Source: Phoronis australis
Taxonomy: Eukaryota > Animalia > Phoronida
Reading direction: 5' to 3'
Length of the DNA: 64,000 nucleotides
Assembly (NCBI GenBank): GCA_002633005.1
Contig: NMRA01000519.1
Location: 88,646-152,645 of the forward strand
Made by a program: the position numbers and the translations under genes. The notes beneath the pieces are model-generated. The model was not told the origin of the DNA. It saw nothing but the letters and a program-made list of their open reading frames with translations, and made no database searches. This document shows positions 62,856 through 64,000 of this stretch, in pieces (the first letter of the stretch is position 1; the number at the start of each line of letters is the position of its first letter).

Positions 62856-64000
62856 CTGAAAGCATAAAACATACTTTGAACAGTAAAGTTTTATCTCAGA
62901 AAAACGTGATCGGGCTCAAACTAACTCTAAAACGCTGTTTGGGACTCCCATTTTACAAAATAGGCTATCCCCAAAATAAATATTGTTTAAATGTCATACG
63001 AAAACATTAGAAAAGTAGTATCAAATACATGTAAGACATTTATGAATTTGATGTCACCTGAAATTCAGTAAAATTTCCATCACGCTACCTCAAACAGTTA
63101 AGGGCCTTAGCTGATTTTTGGAAATCCGAAATAATTTTCCAATAGTTGTTTCGTTGAAATTTGACGTCGTATGATAAAATTCGGGTCTTCCAATGTCACT
63201 TGGCCGTCCCCAGGGAGGGCCACTAGAAACTTGGGTATCAAGTTGAAGAGAGTTTTAGACATATAATGTAGGTGTGATAGACCGGAAGCTTGAACTTTCA
63301 AAGTGCCTGACCCTGACAAATTCACTTAAGTTTGCTCTCGCTTAGTCTTAATACGTGTAAATTGAGTCTTGATGTTAGGGCTGATATGCACTCTTGGGAA
63401 GAGATGAAACTATTTCTCAAGTTTATCGCTCCATGTTCCATCCACATTCTCGAGATAGCTTTGTTTCTCCCGGAGTTTGACAGATTCCGTAGCCTTCAGC
63501 AGGTTTTCAAACGTTACTTTTCAATCATGTTAAGAATGTAGCGAAATCAGCTTACTCGTAGTCTCTGTCTCATCCCTTAGCTATAGCGCTTATTTTCACG
63601 CAGGTCTACTAAATCTACAAAAGAGGGGACGGAGGTAAAACTTTTGGGGCCATAGCTGGTGTATACAGTTAGGTGGGTTGTTGGTGTACATAAATCTCGG
63701 GTCATTGGGGACTGGGGACGGTTCTTTCTCCACCCCCACCCCCAGACTGTTCTTTCTCCCCTTTCTTCCCCCTAAAACCAGAATTCCTACCTCTATGCTG
63801 ATACTGAGCTAAGTGCGTATTTTTAGAAAAAACTTAGGCAGAGTTACGGCTGTAGTGGCTTTTTATGCAACTCAAGGCGGAACTGACGTGCTTACTGTCG
63901 CGACATGCTGATGGAAGTTTTAAATTCCCTTCTTTACATTGGCGCCACACCTGGTGATTTACAGCGGATACATCATCTGACCAATCATAGCCAGCGTCAC

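Overview
AT-rich, intron-rich eukaryotic DNA that looks like a marine invertebrate draft assembly (single-N joins at 10114, 15825, 16850 and 18372; gaps at ~16294-16301 and 43777-44187). It is not prokaryotic. Two-thirds of the window (6151-36508, minus strand) is one gene with about 17 traceable exons. It encodes an alpha2delta/CACHD1-family protein (VWA with an intact DxSxS motif, two dCache domains, GPI-like tail). Its first coding exon unexpectedly encodes a signal peptide, a folate-receptor-like cysteine-rich domain, a hydrophobic segment and what looks like a second, internal signal peptide. Its introns hold a decayed HERO-like RLE non-LTR retrotransposon, a CR1-type RT fragment, a long palindromic MITE with an 8-bp TSD, and hAT-like MITEs with 5-bp TSDs. 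The region 41235-59589 (minus strand) is a tandem cluster of 3-4 highly diverged paralogs. Each has one Sushi/CCP-like domain, a TM helix and a highly charged tail ending in (E/D)(G/E)(I/V)P, apparently with no signal peptide. Two tandem histone-type 3' stem-loops with a downstream purine-rich element lie at 43045-43101 with no histone gene visible. A THAP-bearing TIR element lies at 4049-5136. All calls are from manual reading and translation; no database searches were run.
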